A stretch of DNA of 64,000 nucleotides from a virus. How positions within the stretch are numbered: the first letter of the stretch is position 1; the number at the start of each line of letters is the position of its first letter. The stretch lies in the UHGV virus genome UHGV-1370141. One strand, given 5' to 3'. The notes beneath the pieces were generated by a model, which had not been told where the DNA came from, did no database searches, and saw only the letters and a program-made list of their open reading frames with translations. The position numbers were made by a program, and so were the translations under genes. Below are positions 18,901-29,825 of this stretch, piece by piece.

Positions 18901-20311
18901 TAACGACTTAATTGACGTTACGGTTAAAGACAATATCCTGGTGTCACTTCCTGCTTCCACGTATTTCGTTGGCGGCGAAACGTACGACGTGCCGTTGATG
19001 ACGGTTAACGTTACCGAACGTTTCCCGAACCCGAAAACAGTAATTTACGCAGGGATTTTTGTTGATATCGTTGACAACAAAGCGAAGTACATTATCCACG
19101 ACAGCTATAACCAAGCTGAGACGGATACCATGACGCGTGTGGGAAGACTCGTTGTTAATGATCTTTCCGAAGTGGATGTAGTGGAGTTGCGTAACGTGAC
19201 ACGGTTAGGCGATTTCCGTGAGCTGAAAGACCACGTCGCCAATGACAACGCACACATTCACCGCTCCGCGTCACGTGCAGTGCTGGGGTTAAGCAATTTA
19301 ACAGTAGGTGCGCCCTGCTGGGCTTCTGGACTTCAAGCGGTTGTGCGTGGCGAGGCAGATTGGCGCTATGTGGTTGGTGGTGGATATAAAGCACTCGATG
19401 GTGTGAAATACGACCAGCTTGCGTCGAAGTGGGTGTTTGATGCGAAAGGGGTAAGTGATAATGTTCACGGGTTTATCCACAACCTGTTCCCAGTATTTAA
19501 CAATGCGGGGATGCGAGTCAGTTGGGAAACCGAAAGCAACGCAAAAACCGGTACGGTGCTAGAAACCATCCTGGGTTGCTGGAAAAACACCGATGGCGAG
19601 TTTATGCGGTTGTCGTTACTTATCACCCGTGGTTACCGGTTAACTGACAGTAACGGTGAATATTGTTACGCGGGGTTCGGTTTGAACTTCAGTAACGGGA
19701 AATCGGTAGTGTTAGGTTTCACGCCAACGAAACGTGTTACAGCTGCACCATGGAGCACATTACAACCTGACGTAACGTTTAGTCACACCCGTGGTGCAAA
19801 CAACGCAATAACGTTTAATGCAACACTGACCTTAGCTGGTACTGCGTATACCATTGTGGTGTATTTGTCTGCGACGGATAAATACGTAAGCTGTACAGCA
19901 GCAGGGGGAACTACGCAGAAAATCTCACTGAGTGACCGTTTAACCGGGTTCAACCTCGCACCTATCGTTAACGATCCGTATACCCCTATTTACTACGGAT
20001 TAGGGGGACTTTATGAGGACGAAGTGCGTGCTAATATCCGTTCTACGGCAGACAGCATAATCGGGAACAAACTCTACGGTACGCTGTTGGATTATATCAG
20101 CAACTACTCCTCGTTAAATCGTGTACGCGTCGTGGAATTGGCCGGGACAAGCTCAGACCCTGAAACGCTTAATGCGCTAGTGGCGACTGAGTTTAATAAC
20201 AACCTGGCGGATTACGCTGCGTTACCGATACCTCCTTATCTTAACAAGGAGCGCGTAATGTCGTTTATCGACACCAACAATTTAGTGCAGGCGGTAATCA
20301 TTCGCGATTAA
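15986..20311 (+). CDS. Giant tail fiber / baseplate-associated fiber protein (1441 aa)
   Basis: TAGGAG RBS; internal phage-fiber-type repeat ...FGLGNVANTPDLDLPISVAQQTELDK...; size and context. Confidence 0.6.
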   Translation: MAVVLDPHFKEPGNKITGEAVAVIGTKYRMLVPAHAPFFTTSLVVKSGGKILTLGDDYVITHPYETGMLRTAYLVHGMIWIVNDKYKSNFTVDYHAVGCGEATQEQITAERELNKDKYPSACQWDTVIGDVYFPPVDIQFDWENWKGELELMQTIAGLGDSLGNVVNRVDPIARNTLDIEHRANGTVSTSEQYATYDNKGGYTYNTAKRRFSVTYKTTTLNEYSLSMKYRIPAIFPNMGSINPNEQIDWMLCYANGGASILRLQLKQRKISLRLTVALGSGSTDYDYTLINGLTDDELKGELTFSVVRQPGNGVYVIEVTTNKQSMDYTFNVDTPPDEFSAGYSKTDVAKWLKYKTNVNLNWWAAENDYAQFLALPGAPEADVSNDVYQLIVKYHQLVEQLYRNAPAHEHVTRKDNPHSDTWGPIRALELNGIASDAALTYGKTKRQLTDYVNAKYPTQATLTTQRKLLRESASKNVNGTITALPGFTSFTTEVDPVSMSKYVSRQFSEYYVSNGIGYHGALRYAGTKNGFSCYFNGVPADLQDIDFIVTGTRVAGDNSAIGVAQMRFYENPGTESGKYVELEGSLSGDRLSIQVSLGGYGVGTDPQVRYISKAPDPVVPAGDFTLRFQMKRTGNLFDVIVTVNGKTYSARVNFVNMDAELEALENRYHFKSFINNVADRVSIQSAHNRNYVTIKKAPDVVDERRLGAQFVVDPKSIKFIGQGSTDVHAGNNPVTLQAGDNQLVLYPDDRGLLWRGKKLLDPTTVAPYLPGNTAGGTGLFYGASTATVELTGSGIKASPFVATFILPVAEDVTTLACWQLTDEFGTAENLAATPALIEKLDAEFTGKLVAAKSYINDMQLTSSITIDKITFGLGNVANTPDLDLPISVAQQTELDKYSPKVHQHPSSVFGVENADTTKRGLIKFGLEVDDTTLALDGSVVMAQTSQIENLENTVGGVDSGARVDIIRFGKSGNDLIDVTVKDNILVSLPASTYFVGGETYDVPLMTVNVTERFPNPKTVIYAGIFVDIVDNKAKYIIHDSYNQAETDTMTRVGRLVVNDLSEVDVVELRNVTRLGDFRELKDHVANDNAHIHRSASRAVLGLSNLTVGAPCWASGLQAVVRGEADWRYVVGGGYKALDGVKYDQLASKWVFDAKGVSDNVHGFIHNLFPVFNNAGMRVSWETESNAKTGTVLETILGCWKNTDGEFMRLSLLITRGYRLTDSNGEYCYAGFGLNFSNGKSVVLGFTPTKRVTAAPWSTLQPDVTFSHTRGANNAITFNATLTLAGTAYTIVVYLSATDKYVSCTAAGGTTQKISLSDRLTGFNLAPIVNDPYTPIYYGLGGLYEDEVRANIRSTADSIIGNKLYGTLLDYISNYSSLNRVRVVELAGTSSDPETLNALVATEFNNNLADYAALPIPPYLNKERVMSFIDTNNLVQAVIIRD

Positions 20312-20324
20312 GGAGAATTTTTTG

Positions 20325-23300
20325 ATGAAAGCGTATCCTTACGATCCTCGGGGGACGAAAACCGAGAATCACTTCTTAGAGGAGCGTATCATCGGGTCAG
20401 AAAACAACAACGACCGGGTGGTGATTTTAGACCATCGCCCGTTCTTTGAAGACTTAGTCGTCAGACAACCAGGTTCAACCACCCCACTGAGCCGTGGGGT
20501 GGACTACGAACTGCAATATCAGCTGACGGAACTGGATGACTCGGTAGCAGCCAACGTGTATTGTGGGGTACACCTTATCAACCCATCCATTAAAGGTATT
20601 GTAACCTTTGAAGGACAAATGCTCGGCGGTACGTTCTACGACCCGTTCGTTGACATGCTCGACGAGTTGGTGAAATATTTGAATAACCCAGTCAGTGCAG
20701 ACTGGCTGTTGTTAGACGGTAGACCGTCATTATACCCAGCTACGCCTGCGGCAACGTCCTGGGCGGATTTGCTGAACAAAAAATACTTAGCGTCAGCGAT
20801 TCACGATATTGAGTTGAAAACCGATGACGCTAACCAGCTAATTAAAGATAAATTAGCCGAAGTTAAAGCGCTAGTGACTGCGTTGGGGAAAGAAATTGAA
20901 GCGTTTAACTACCCAGCACATATCGCCGCGACGAACCCGCACGAAACCACGAGCGCACAAATTAACGCCCATCCCGTTAACCTGAAAACACCTGACACCT
21001 TTATGGCGTACGGGTTAAAGTTGAAAGCGTTAACGGATGAACTGAAAGCGTTTCGTTTACCACAGTCAGTTATTGACACGTATATCTCCCACTGGATTTC
21101 TTCGGAAGTACGGGGCGTGTTTAACTGTACGGTGTCTGGAAACCGCGCACAATTCCGTTCGAAAAACGGTGAGTCAGAAATCATTTTTGCGAATGATGGC
21201 TTTACGTTAAAATCCAACGGTTCTGTGGTATTAGCGGTAGGGCATCTGGAAGGCACAGGTGCGGGGCGTTACATTAACTGGCGTGCGGGTAAAAACACGT
21301 TACGCATCGAGTCAACCGGTGACGCTTTAGGGATGAACAAACTCACCCTGAACGGTAACCCGTTGTTGACCACCACAGCGCTGATGGAGTATCAGCAAGA
21401 CCCTGATGCTGGCGGGAGTGGCGGTAGCGATCCTGATGACTCCAAAGTGTATATCGAAGGCCGTAACGGGATTAGTTTTACCGGTAAAGGTTCTCGTGCC
21501 GATCCCATCGTGGGGACTATCGACCCGACGAAAGCGACCACCGCTGAAAAAGGTGTTGTTAAGCTTAAAACCGGTAAAGGCACAGAAACGGTTGGGGTTG
21601 CTGCAACACCTGCGTCATTAACGCCGTATTCAACCGACTTATCAGGGTACGTGACTAAAACGACCATGATTAACGGTAAGCCGATGAACGACGGTTCCAG
21701 GACAATCACGAAAGCTGACCTGGGATTAGGGCAAGCGGATAACACCGCAGACCTTGACAAACCGTTGTCTACTGCACTGAATGCTTCGGTTAGTGGTTTA
21801 GCAGATGTTGGCCACCATCACGACTGGTCAGAGTTAGGCATTTATAAAGCCTCGCAGACGGTTTACGGTATCGGTCGTTACGCAACTAACCAGAATGGCT
21901 TAGTTGAAAACCGTGCAGTGGTACCGAACATCCTAAAAGAGCTTTCAGCACGTTTAGATGTGGTTGCTGCCGCAATTGCGAATGCGAAAGAAGGTACGGT
22001 AACTGATTTTGCTGCTGTGAAAGGTGCAGACTGGCGTTTTAATAGCCAGGGTACGGCAATCTCCGTTCAGGATTTGAAATATTTCTATTTGCTAAATGGT
22101 GAAAAGGCCGACGGTGTCGTTACCGGCGCGATTGACCTGCAAACCACCCCGATGTTTAACTGGTTCTCACCGAACAACCAGCTTGAGCTGACTTGGCCTA
22201 CGGGGAAAGTTAGTAGGGGTACTGGGATTAGTTGGGATGGAATTGTTGATCCTCCAACAATGGGGTTTCAGTCAGTTCCGGTAGGTAAAACCGCTATACA
22301 GATGGGTGACCAGTCAGTTGTTACGGTGCTGGCAAAAACACGGGTCAAAGCTTATCAGAATAGGCTGTTTGTTTACGCCGCTGGCGGTGGAATGATAACC
22401 GTTTATGTAAATGGTGTTGTGGCTGCTACCGGTGAATCTCCGTTGTTAATGAACTACACAACGTCGTCAGATGTTGAAAATTACACAATCGCTGTTAAAG
22501 CAGAATGTAGCGATACGGCTAAGTCCGCAGCGGTACAGTTTGAAGTTTACGATGGCGATTACCCTGTTTACTTCAGTGGCCCTGAAACACACGTAGAGCT
22601 TCTCCAGGAGTTTGTTACCACGCACGTAGGGATTCGTCACTATTTGTACGTTAACATGCTCACAGGCTCTCTATATTCGCGTGCTGAACCGATTCAGAGC
22701 ATCGCAGTTGATCCTGAACGTGGTTATATCGGTTACGTTGATATTGTTGCTGGTGAGAATTACGCGAATAAAACGGTAGGGTTCGAAACCACGTTTGATT
22801 TCGGGAAAAGTGCCGAGGTTAGTGAACACATCGACACGCGTAAAGCGCACGGACTCAGTTCTGTGGACTGGGCGTTAACGGATAACCCACGTTTGCCGTT
22901 ATTAAACCGTGCTATTGCCGAACCGAGAGCGTGTATCTTTAGGAAAGCGTTAGCAACCGGTACAGGCGATGTTTTCCATCTTGTCAGTCGTGGTCTTTAT
23001 ACTTACGCACACAACCAAAACGTGAAGTCCAGTCTTCAGTACGTTGTGATTCCTGAAGGTGCTACACCGTATTGCTGGTTTACACCGTTTAACCCGAAAG
23101 AAAACAACGCACCGACTTTCGAAGGTTCGTTTGCGTTTGACGTTGACGACGTCGGTGGGACGCAAGCCCTTGCTGCTGCGCCGGATTTGGTTCTATGCTC
23201 GTCAACGCAAGGGAGTAGCGTTAAACGTCGCTATCTGCGCATTGACCTAACTGCCAAAGCGTGTAAGCTGGGGATTGGTTCCCGTTCAGATTCTGCCGTT

Positions 23301-24506
23301 ACTGACATTCCGTTGGTAATGGAGGAGTCTGGGGAAACAGCGGTGAATGCAACGTTTAAGGACGTTTTGTTCAACGGTGAAGAAACGAATGCTGCGATTC
23401 TCGATTTGATTGGCTGGGGTGCCGCCCGAGATAAAATCTCTGCAAACCATGCACCTCGTGGGATGATTCGTTACCGTTATAACGTAAGTACGCGTGTGTT
23501 ACGTTTAGCGTTGTCGTTCTCGCAGTTTGGGACGACGACAGTTAAACAACGTCAGTTGGAAATTCAATTCCCGTTCGACTTAGTGGATTATTTCACCGGT
23601 GACGGAATAGGATTATCGTTTAAAGAACTGAGCGCGAAATGCCGAGTAACGATTAGCCATGCGTTGATTGATCCGGTTACGAACAACATCGACATTGATA
23701 AGTATCATTACTTACGTTCGTTGTTTGAGTCGTATTTGGATTCATCCGTTGGGTATTTGGCTGATAACAAAGACGCTGATTATAGTCAGTCTGTGATTGA
23801 CCCTGCGACTTATGAGATTAGTCAAAAATACCGTGCCACGGAGAGCATTGCCTTGCCAACTGGTCAGGGAAGTGTTGCGGTTTCTCACGATGGGCAGTTA
23901 CCTGCGCAGTTCTTTGACCGTAAACTGTCTCGTGGTGCGTTGATGGCGAAGAACAACGAACTGCACACTTCCTGGAACAATGTGTGGAGTACGACTAAGG
24001 TTGCTGCAAGTCGTTATCGTCACAAACTCATTCTCCGTTTTGCACAAGGTGTTGATAAACAGCAATACCGAGTTGCAAAAGTGACGGGAACGATAAAAAG
24101 TAACTGGCCAGGTAAAGTGATTATCGGCGACGCTGGGAAAGACCCATTCTTAGCGTCTACCGATAGCGCAGAGTTTGCTCTGTCAACCAGTTCTGATGCT
24201 GGTAAAGCGATTAGTATCACTGCCACTGACTTACGCGTGGGTCAGGACATCTATATTGTCTTAGACCCGCCAGGTAATAATCCAGAAGGTTATGAACTTA
24301 ACTTTACCTGTTCGTTAGACGTGACTGATGAGCAAAGCACTCGTCAGGATCAGCTTAATGCGCAGAGCTTCGAACTGCGTAGCGGTGAAAAGCAGTTCTT
24401 AATGGAGAAACGCAATCCGTACCATATCACGAGTAAAGCGTGGAAATGGATACTTTCTGTACTGAAACGAGAACTTAACGGGAAGCAGTTAGGGGATCGT
24501 ACTTAG
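20325..24506 (+). CDS. Tail fiber protein (1393 aa)
   Basis: ATG at 20325 with AAGGAG (track uses TTG at 20322); fiber motifs TAEKGVVKLKTGKGTETVGVAATPASL and DLGLGQADNTADLDKPLSTA. Confidence 0.65.
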   Translation: MKAYPYDPRGTKTENHFLEERIIGSENNNDRVVILDHRPFFEDLVVRQPGSTTPLSRGVDYELQYQLTELDDSVAANVYCGVHLINPSIKGIVTFEGQMLGGTFYDPFVDMLDELVKYLNNPVSADWLLLDGRPSLYPATPAATSWADLLNKKYLASAIHDIELKTDDANQLIKDKLAEVKALVTALGKEIEAFNYPAHIAATNPHETTSAQINAHPVNLKTPDTFMAYGLKLKALTDELKAFRLPQSVIDTYISHWISSEVRGVFNCTVSGNRAQFRSKNGESEIIFANDGFTLKSNGSVVLAVGHLEGTGAGRYINWRAGKNTLRIESTGDALGMNKLTLNGNPLLTTTALMEYQQDPDAGGSGGSDPDDSKVYIEGRNGISFTGKGSRADPIVGTIDPTKATTAEKGVVKLKTGKGTETVGVAATPASLTPYSTDLSGYVTKTTMINGKPMNDGSRTITKADLGLGQADNTADLDKPLSTALNASVSGLADVGHHHDWSELGIYKASQTVYGIGRYATNQNGLVENRAVVPNILKELSARLDVVAAAIANAKEGTVTDFAAVKGADWRFNSQGTAISVQDLKYFYLLNGEKADGVVTGAIDLQTTPMFNWFSPNNQLELTWPTGKVSRGTGISWDGIVDPPTMGFQSVPVGKTAIQMGDQSVVTVLAKTRVKAYQNRLFVYAAGGGMITVYVNGVVAATGESPLLMNYTTSSDVENYTIAVKAECSDTAKSAAVQFEVYDGDYPVYFSGPETHVELLQEFVTTHVGIRHYLYVNMLTGSLYSRAEPIQSIAVDPERGYIGYVDIVAGENYANKTVGFETTFDFGKSAEVSEHIDTRKAHGLSSVDWALTDNPRLPLLNRAIAEPRACIFRKALATGTGDVFHLVSRGLYTYAHNQNVKSSLQYVVIPEGATPYCWFTPFNPKENNAPTFEGSFAFDVDDVGGTQALAAAPDLVLCSSTQGSSVKRRYLRIDLTAKACKLGIGSRSDSAVTDIPLVMEESGETAVNATFKDVLFNGEETNAAILDLIGWGAARDKISANHAPRGMIRYRYNVSTRVLRLALSFSQFGTTTVKQRQLEIQFPFDLVDYFTGDGIGLSFKELSAKCRVTISHALIDPVTNNIDIDKYHYLRSLFESYLDSSVGYLADNKDADYSQSVIDPATYEISQKYRATESIALPTGQGSVAVSHDGQLPAQFFDRKLSRGALMAKNNELHTSWNNVWSTTKVAASRYRHKLILRFAQGVDKQQYRVAKVTGTIKSNWPGKVIIGDAGKDPFLASTDSAEFALSTSSDAGKAISITATDLRVGQDIYIVLDPPGNNPEGYELNFTCSLDVTDEQSTRQDQLNAQSFELRSGEKQFLMEKRNPYHITSKAWKWILSVLKRELNGKQLGDRT

Positions 24507-24542
24507 GACAGGCTGCCTGCGGGCAGTTGTGTGTCCGTAGGT

Positions 24543-24581
24543 AACCCCTCCCTGTAATGGGGAGGGGTATCCATTTTATTT
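24543..24581 (+). terminator. Intrinsic terminator/attenuator between fiber genes
   Basis: Hairpin ACCCCTCCC-tgtaat-GGGGAGGGGT followed by TTTTATTT. Confidence 0.55.
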
Positions 24582-24601
24582 AAAAAGTAGGAGTCTTTAC
24601 G

Positions 24602-27600
24602 ATGCCGAGAGAAGACGCGGCGCAGTTTAACGGTACGCTAAGCACAGCAACGTACCCTAACCGATTTAATGTGGTCATTCCACCTGAAGGACCTTTTTAT
24701 CGTATCGGATTAAAACTCACAGTAGCCGACGATACCGCGCCTAACGGACGTCGTACTCTGATTGAGGGGTTGGACTACTATTTAGGCTATTACTTTAAAG
24801 AACTCGCAGAAGCTGAACAAGATCAGATTTATGGCGGGTTTATGTTGCTTACTGCAACAGAAATCGAATATGAGATTTTAGGGGTAGCACGTCAATACCG
24901 TGTGCCGCAATCTGAAATCGGGAAGTTCTTAGTTCGTACTGACCTGAAAGACCCACGTAACGTGGACTGGTCTGAACTAATGGCGTATGCGCCGGTTATT
25001 CAGCCTATCGACCCGCCTGCTAACTTAGAAGAAGCGATTCTGAGGGATGAGGTTGTTAAGGCGTTAGAAGACATTCGCAAGAAAATCATTAAGCGTTCTA
25101 CGGAATTAGATGCTGCGTTCAGTGAAGTCACTAACCTGATTTACGAGAACGGGAAAAAGGTTTTCGACGAAGAATTATACCAGCATCACCGTAACCCTAA
25201 CGCGCATCATTACACCACCGATGACATTGCCGCTCTCCCCGTATTAGGACGTGCTGTTGACGCTACAAAAGCGTTTGGGTTGACGATTGACGAGTTGGCT
25301 ACGCTGATGGGTTCAGCGGGTATTGAGCAATCGGACGTTGACCAGTTAATGGGTGAAGCCCTCGGCACCGTTTACGGTCGATGGGGCACCACGAACGGTA
25401 ATGAATTAACGTTTAAAACGTCAGGTGGCCACATCATCAGTATTCGTGGTGATAAGTGGTTAATTACCTCGCCACAACCGTTGGTGATTAAAGCAGACCA
25501 GGACAACAACGAATCGGGTTTAGCGGTTGAATTCAGTGCGGGTCTGAATACGCTTTGGGTTCACTCGGGGTCAGAACAGGATGTATTAGCGCCAGTTTAT
25601 AACTCCGTGTATCTGGTTACGCCAGAAATGGTGAACATGTACCTGACGTCAGTAACGTTGCTCGAAGCAAACGCATATTTCAAAGCGTCAGACACTGTAA
25701 AACCGCACGGTACCGCAAAACAGACTAACCCGGTTACGTTAAACGCGAATATTCCTACAGCGACCGAATCAGTTTATGGGTTGTTCTCGATTACGAATAT
25801 CTCCACGTCTGCGGCGTTAGGTACTGCTATCTCCCAGAAAGCCGTAACCGAACTAAAAGACCGTTTGGACCTGTACGTTGACGATGACTATACCGTTAAC
25901 GGTAAAGGGTTTGTTAAAACAGGTGACAATATGGTGTTAACCTTAACGAAAACCGATTTCGGTATCGATAGGATGGATAACACCACGCCAAGTGCTAAGC
26001 CGGTGACGAAAGCGTTAGCGAACGTGTTGAAAAACAAGAGTTTGAAGACGCACACCCACACTACTGCTGATTTGGATAACGTTCCAATTGGTAGTGCAAC
26101 GGTTGACGGTATCTTACAGCTGTGGGATGCGATTGACACCACTAACGATAAAGCTGTCACGTCACGTCAAGGCTGGTTGTTCGCAAAAGAGATTAAGAAA
26201 GTCTCTGATAAACTCAATACCATCTTACCGGCATGGACGGTAGGTGGTGCGAAGTTCGGTAACAAGAACTTCTTACCTATTCCAGCGTTAGGCAACTACG
26301 CAGGCTACACCAAAAACCAGTCCTACCAGAAAGGGATCGTTGGGTATCAGCAGGGTAAGGTTTATTCACTCCGTAACGGTTCTAACGGCGTTCCAGGTAC
26401 GGAAGCTATCTATTACGGCTATGCTGACATTAACACGTCAAACGCGTTTGTAAATCCGCAGCAAACCTCAGTGAAATATCACCCTGCCGGGATGAGTAAA
26501 TATCCTGGCGTGACCCTAAAAGCGATATTGATTGGTGGGCAGGAAGCGATTATTTGTCTGGGTTCTGACAATAACCGATATTTGGTGCTGTTCAATGGTT
26601 CGATGGACCACACTAAGCACACGGTGGTATGTCGTGTTACGATGCCTATGTACCGTAACGACAACCCCGGCGGTACTACGGAACAGACCTGGAATCCCCG
26701 GCCAGAAGCTGACGATGTTGTGTTAGTTGACGATCACGTTTATCTTCTCCGTTCTTCGGTAAGTAACATTGCTTATGGCGTGGCAGCATGGCGTTTACGT
26801 AAAGCCGATTTGACTACTAATACTGAGTTAGAGTTTGAACGCGTAACCCTAACCGGTGAAATGGGGCAATTCGGAGATAACCTCTGGTTACGATTTGGTC
26901 AGAAGACCGAAGAGTCGCAAACGGGTCAATTCTTTACATTTCTCACGCCGGAGGGTCGTGCTAAATGGACGATCGGACGTAGCTTTGTTCACGGTCCAGA
27001 ATGTAACCACGCCTGTGCTGTACGCGAAAGCGTGATTCGTGTGAACCATATGCCTACTGTGTGGTTTGCAGCGGCCGACGGTACGACGATTAATTTCCGT
27101 CAATGGGCAACAAGTTTTACAATCGATACGTTAACGGGAAAAGTTACGTTAGAAGGAGGCGAACGCTTCCCCATCAAGGCTGATGCTACTACACTCTCGT
27201 TCGCGGATGGTTCAACTGTAGAAACCAGTCGTAAGTGGGGTGGTGGTCTGGCAAACAACCGTTGTTTCGCGACATATGCTAAACCCAACGGTACAGGAAT
27301 GATGCTTTCCTGTTGGCAGATTAACGATGCGGACCAAATGCCTAATGTTTCTATTAAAGGAACACAAGGCAAAGAGCTTTTCGATTATCTGCGTTATGAT
27401 AACCCAAACAACACCTCGGGCGAAGGAACGTTTACCTGGGATAAAGGTCGCGGTTCTATTTATACCATCGGTCTTTCCCATCCGGTCGGCATTGGCGGTT
27501 CGAATAAGGTGTGGTTGTCTAATCCACGTAACCGTTACACCATCGAAGTAGAAGTTGATCCGAACAAACCTTACGATGTTCCAGGTTATGGCGGATACGG

Positions 27601-29785
27601 TCCGAACAACAACCGTCGTGAAGTCGATGCGACGCTTTACGAGCAGCTTAGCTGTATGGCTGCGTGCATGACTCCTGAGGAGCGTCACGGACAGTTAAAC
27701 GGTTGGTATTTGACCAAAGCAGAAACGTTCCCGTATCGCAACATCTACGGTAACTTCGCGTTGTCTTCCGAACGCTTAACGCTAGAAGAAGCCGATCGCC
27801 AGAAAATGATTCGGATGATCGTTGACGGTGCGCCATCTGGTCAAGCAAATGGTTACGCGAACGAACGTATTAGTGCTGCCCATCAAACCGGTAATGCATT
27901 GTTTGCTCTTTGGATGTTGGGTATCAACACCGTGTGCGAATTTGACTTGTTGCAAGTTTCGTGCATGAAAACCTCAAGTAACGGACGTCGAATTCTTGAC
28001 ATCTATTACTTCATGGTGAGTCCATCTAAAGAGAACGGCTACTTACGGTTCAACTCAGCCACCTTTAAGTTGGTGGACTGGTTCTTAGACCTCGATTATG
28101 GTTTAAGTTATCAGTCTCTGAGGGAAGAAGCGGGTAATAAAACGCGACGTGTAGGCCAGCCAATTTTTGCTTCTGCCGACGGTGTAAACTTCGGTCTATG
28201 GCTACCTTATACGCTGACAATACGGAATATCGGGGACCTAAATGCTTTGGGTTACGCTGCGAAGTACACCTTCGACCCTGGGTCGGGTTGGACTCGCGTT
28301 CCTGGTAAGTCACAGTTGCGTCAGATGGCCCCTGCTCATAATCCCGAATCAGGTTGCTACATGGGTGCGGGTAATTGGGACAAGATGGCGTTGATTTTCT
28401 CTAAAGCTGACCGTGTTTTCTGTTCAGGTAACGCGTATACAGCCGCAGAGTTCGTTAACGACACGACGTTCTCAACGGGAGGTCAGGCTGTTATTATTGC
28501 TGGTGTGGAAACAGCGGAAGGTTGGATTCTGTATTTGACAGAAGAAGTCAAATTAGATTTCGGTAGCAGCAGTTACACACTCCCAACGTGGTCTGTGGAT
28601 TTAAGCAGCGAGTTCCCGTCCAATCACGCTAACCAGACGTTCTACGTACACGCTGAGGTGTCGGGTTCTACCGCACAATACCGCATCGGTTTGGAGCAGT
28701 TAGCCGATACTTCAACAAGACTGTTCGTCGGGACAGTAACCACCGATTCCAGCCGTATTACTGATATCAGTATCGACAAAGTAAAACGCTTGGGTCGTGT
28801 AAAAGAGCTGGAAGACCACGCAGCAATTATCGACCAACACGATGTTGCAGCAGCGTTTGACAGAAAGACGGGTCCTCTATTAACGCTGGTTAACAAGCCC
28901 GTTAAAGCACCTACGGCGTCTGCGTCGAAAGGCGAAGGGTATGTTGACGGTCAGAAATGGGGTTCACTGTCTGGCATCACGACGCGTCCTAAGTTACCAA
29001 TTCAGGAAACGTATTCGGGTTATAAGAGTGTGGCCAGAGTAGCGTATGAGAACTGCGCCGACCAATTCTGGCAGAAAGCGGTAGCTGCTAACATTACGAC
29101 AGCCACTGCTTCTGAGAACTCGCAGGCAGCGTCTGCGAACATGAAATGGATAGGTGCGTATACGAAACCGACTACCGGAACGTATGCTTACTTAGCATTG
29201 AGTTTGCGCGTTCAAGTGCCAGGTAATCCAGGAACGGCGAATCGTGCTCTGAAGCTGAGACTTGCTGCACCAACCGGTATTGTTGAAGCTCGGTATGCAA
29301 TAAACCAGGCCGGTGGTACGATGAAAGAGCAGGACGTCACGTTAACCGCCAACCAGTACCTGGAAAAAGAGCACAGTGGGTTTAAACCTGCCGAGGAGGT
29401 TCGTGTTCATGTCACGTTCGTTATTCCGAAGAACGAATATGAAAGTTATCGTACGAAGTTTGGGGCGGTACAGTTGATTGACGTCGAGTCTGGTACTACA
29501 ATCAAACAGGCAGATATTGATACGCCGTTCTTTGTCTTTACGGACACTGAACTGTCTGCACAATCCGGTTTGGTGTATAAAGCGGTCAAGGGTCAGTTTG
29601 ACAATCTCCCGAGTGAACCTACACTCATTGTGCGAGATGGTCAGACCGGAACTAACCCACCGGTGAAATCGTCTTACGCTGACGGTACGCTAACGGTTTA
29701 CGTAGCGACCGCGTACGATGGTGTGAATCCGGCAGAAACTCGCGATATCGACAAACTCCAGTTCAATCTTATGTTTACATCTTAA
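24602..29785 (+). CDS. Giant tail fiber protein (1727 aa)
   Basis: AGGAG RBS; fiber-type motifs TESVYGLFSITNISTSAALGTAISQKAV and HTHTTADLDNVPIGSATVDG. Confidence 0.6.
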   Translation: MPREDAAQFNGTLSTATYPNRFNVVIPPEGPFYRIGLKLTVADDTAPNGRRTLIEGLDYYLGYYFKELAEAEQDQIYGGFMLLTATEIEYEILGVARQYRVPQSEIGKFLVRTDLKDPRNVDWSELMAYAPVIQPIDPPANLEEAILRDEVVKALEDIRKKIIKRSTELDAAFSEVTNLIYENGKKVFDEELYQHHRNPNAHHYTTDDIAALPVLGRAVDATKAFGLTIDELATLMGSAGIEQSDVDQLMGEALGTVYGRWGTTNGNELTFKTSGGHIISIRGDKWLITSPQPLVIKADQDNNESGLAVEFSAGLNTLWVHSGSEQDVLAPVYNSVYLVTPEMVNMYLTSVTLLEANAYFKASDTVKPHGTAKQTNPVTLNANIPTATESVYGLFSITNISTSAALGTAISQKAVTELKDRLDLYVDDDYTVNGKGFVKTGDNMVLTLTKTDFGIDRMDNTTPSAKPVTKALANVLKNKSLKTHTHTTADLDNVPIGSATVDGILQLWDAIDTTNDKAVTSRQGWLFAKEIKKVSDKLNTILPAWTVGGAKFGNKNFLPIPALGNYAGYTKNQSYQKGIVGYQQGKVYSLRNGSNGVPGTEAIYYGYADINTSNAFVNPQQTSVKYHPAGMSKYPGVTLKAILIGGQEAIICLGSDNNRYLVLFNGSMDHTKHTVVCRVTMPMYRNDNPGGTTEQTWNPRPEADDVVLVDDHVYLLRSSVSNIAYGVAAWRLRKADLTTNTELEFERVTLTGEMGQFGDNLWLRFGQKTEESQTGQFFTFLTPEGRAKWTIGRSFVHGPECNHACAVRESVIRVNHMPTVWFAAADGTTINFRQWATSFTIDTLTGKVTLEGGERFPIKADATTLSFADGSTVETSRKWGGGLANNRCFATYAKPNGTGMMLSCWQINDADQMPNVSIKGTQGKELFDYLRYDNPNNTSGEGTFTWDKGRGSIYTIGLSHPVGIGGSNKVWLSNPRNRYTIEVEVDPNKPYDVPGYGGYGPNNNRREVDATLYEQLSCMAACMTPEERHGQLNGWYLTKAETFPYRNIYGNFALSSERLTLEEADRQKMIRMIVDGAPSGQANGYANERISAAHQTGNALFALWMLGINTVCEFDLLQVSCMKTSSNGRRILDIYYFMVSPSKENGYLRFNSATFKLVDWFLDLDYGLSYQSLREEAGNKTRRVGQPIFASADGVNFGLWLPYTLTIRNIGDLNALGYAAKYTFDPGSGWTRVPGKSQLRQMAPAHNPESGCYMGAGNWDKMALIFSKADRVFCSGNAYTAAEFVNDTTFSTGGQAVIIAGVETAEGWILYLTEEVKLDFGSSSYTLPTWSVDLSSEFPSNHANQTFYVHAEVSGSTAQYRIGLEQLADTSTRLFVGTVTTDSSRITDISIDKVKRLGRVKELEDHAAIIDQHDVAAAFDRKTGPLLTLVNKPVKAPTASASKGEGYVDGQKWGSLSGITTRPKLPIQETYSGYKSVARVAYENCADQFWQKAVAANITTATASENSQAASANMKWIGAYTKPTTGTYAYLALSLRVQVPGNPGTANRALKLRLAAPTGIVEARYAINQAGGTMKEQDVTLTANQYLEKEHSGFKPAEEVRVHVTFVIPKNEYESYRTKFGAVQLIDVESGTTIKQADIDTPFFVFTDTELSAQSGLVYKAVKGQFDNLPSEPTLIVRDGQTGTNPPVKSSYADGTLTVYVATAYDGVNPAETRDIDKLQFNLMFTS

Positions 29786-29825
29786 TGACTCGGGACAAGG
29801 ATGTCTCGAATAAAGGAGAGTGGCC

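Noticed and set aside
16145-19480. Antisense and alternative-frame ORFs inside the 15986..20311 fiber gene
   Set aside because: Embedded in a long CDS with RBS and fiber motifs; typical spurious ORFs.
20909-24226. ORFs 20909..21256, 21392..21760, 21406..21621, 22950..23165, 23059..23250, 24020..24226
   Set aside because: Lie within the 20325..24506 fiber CDS in other frames.
25888-29666. Small ORFs inside the 24602..29785 fiber gene
   Set aside because: Embedded alternative-frame ORFs.
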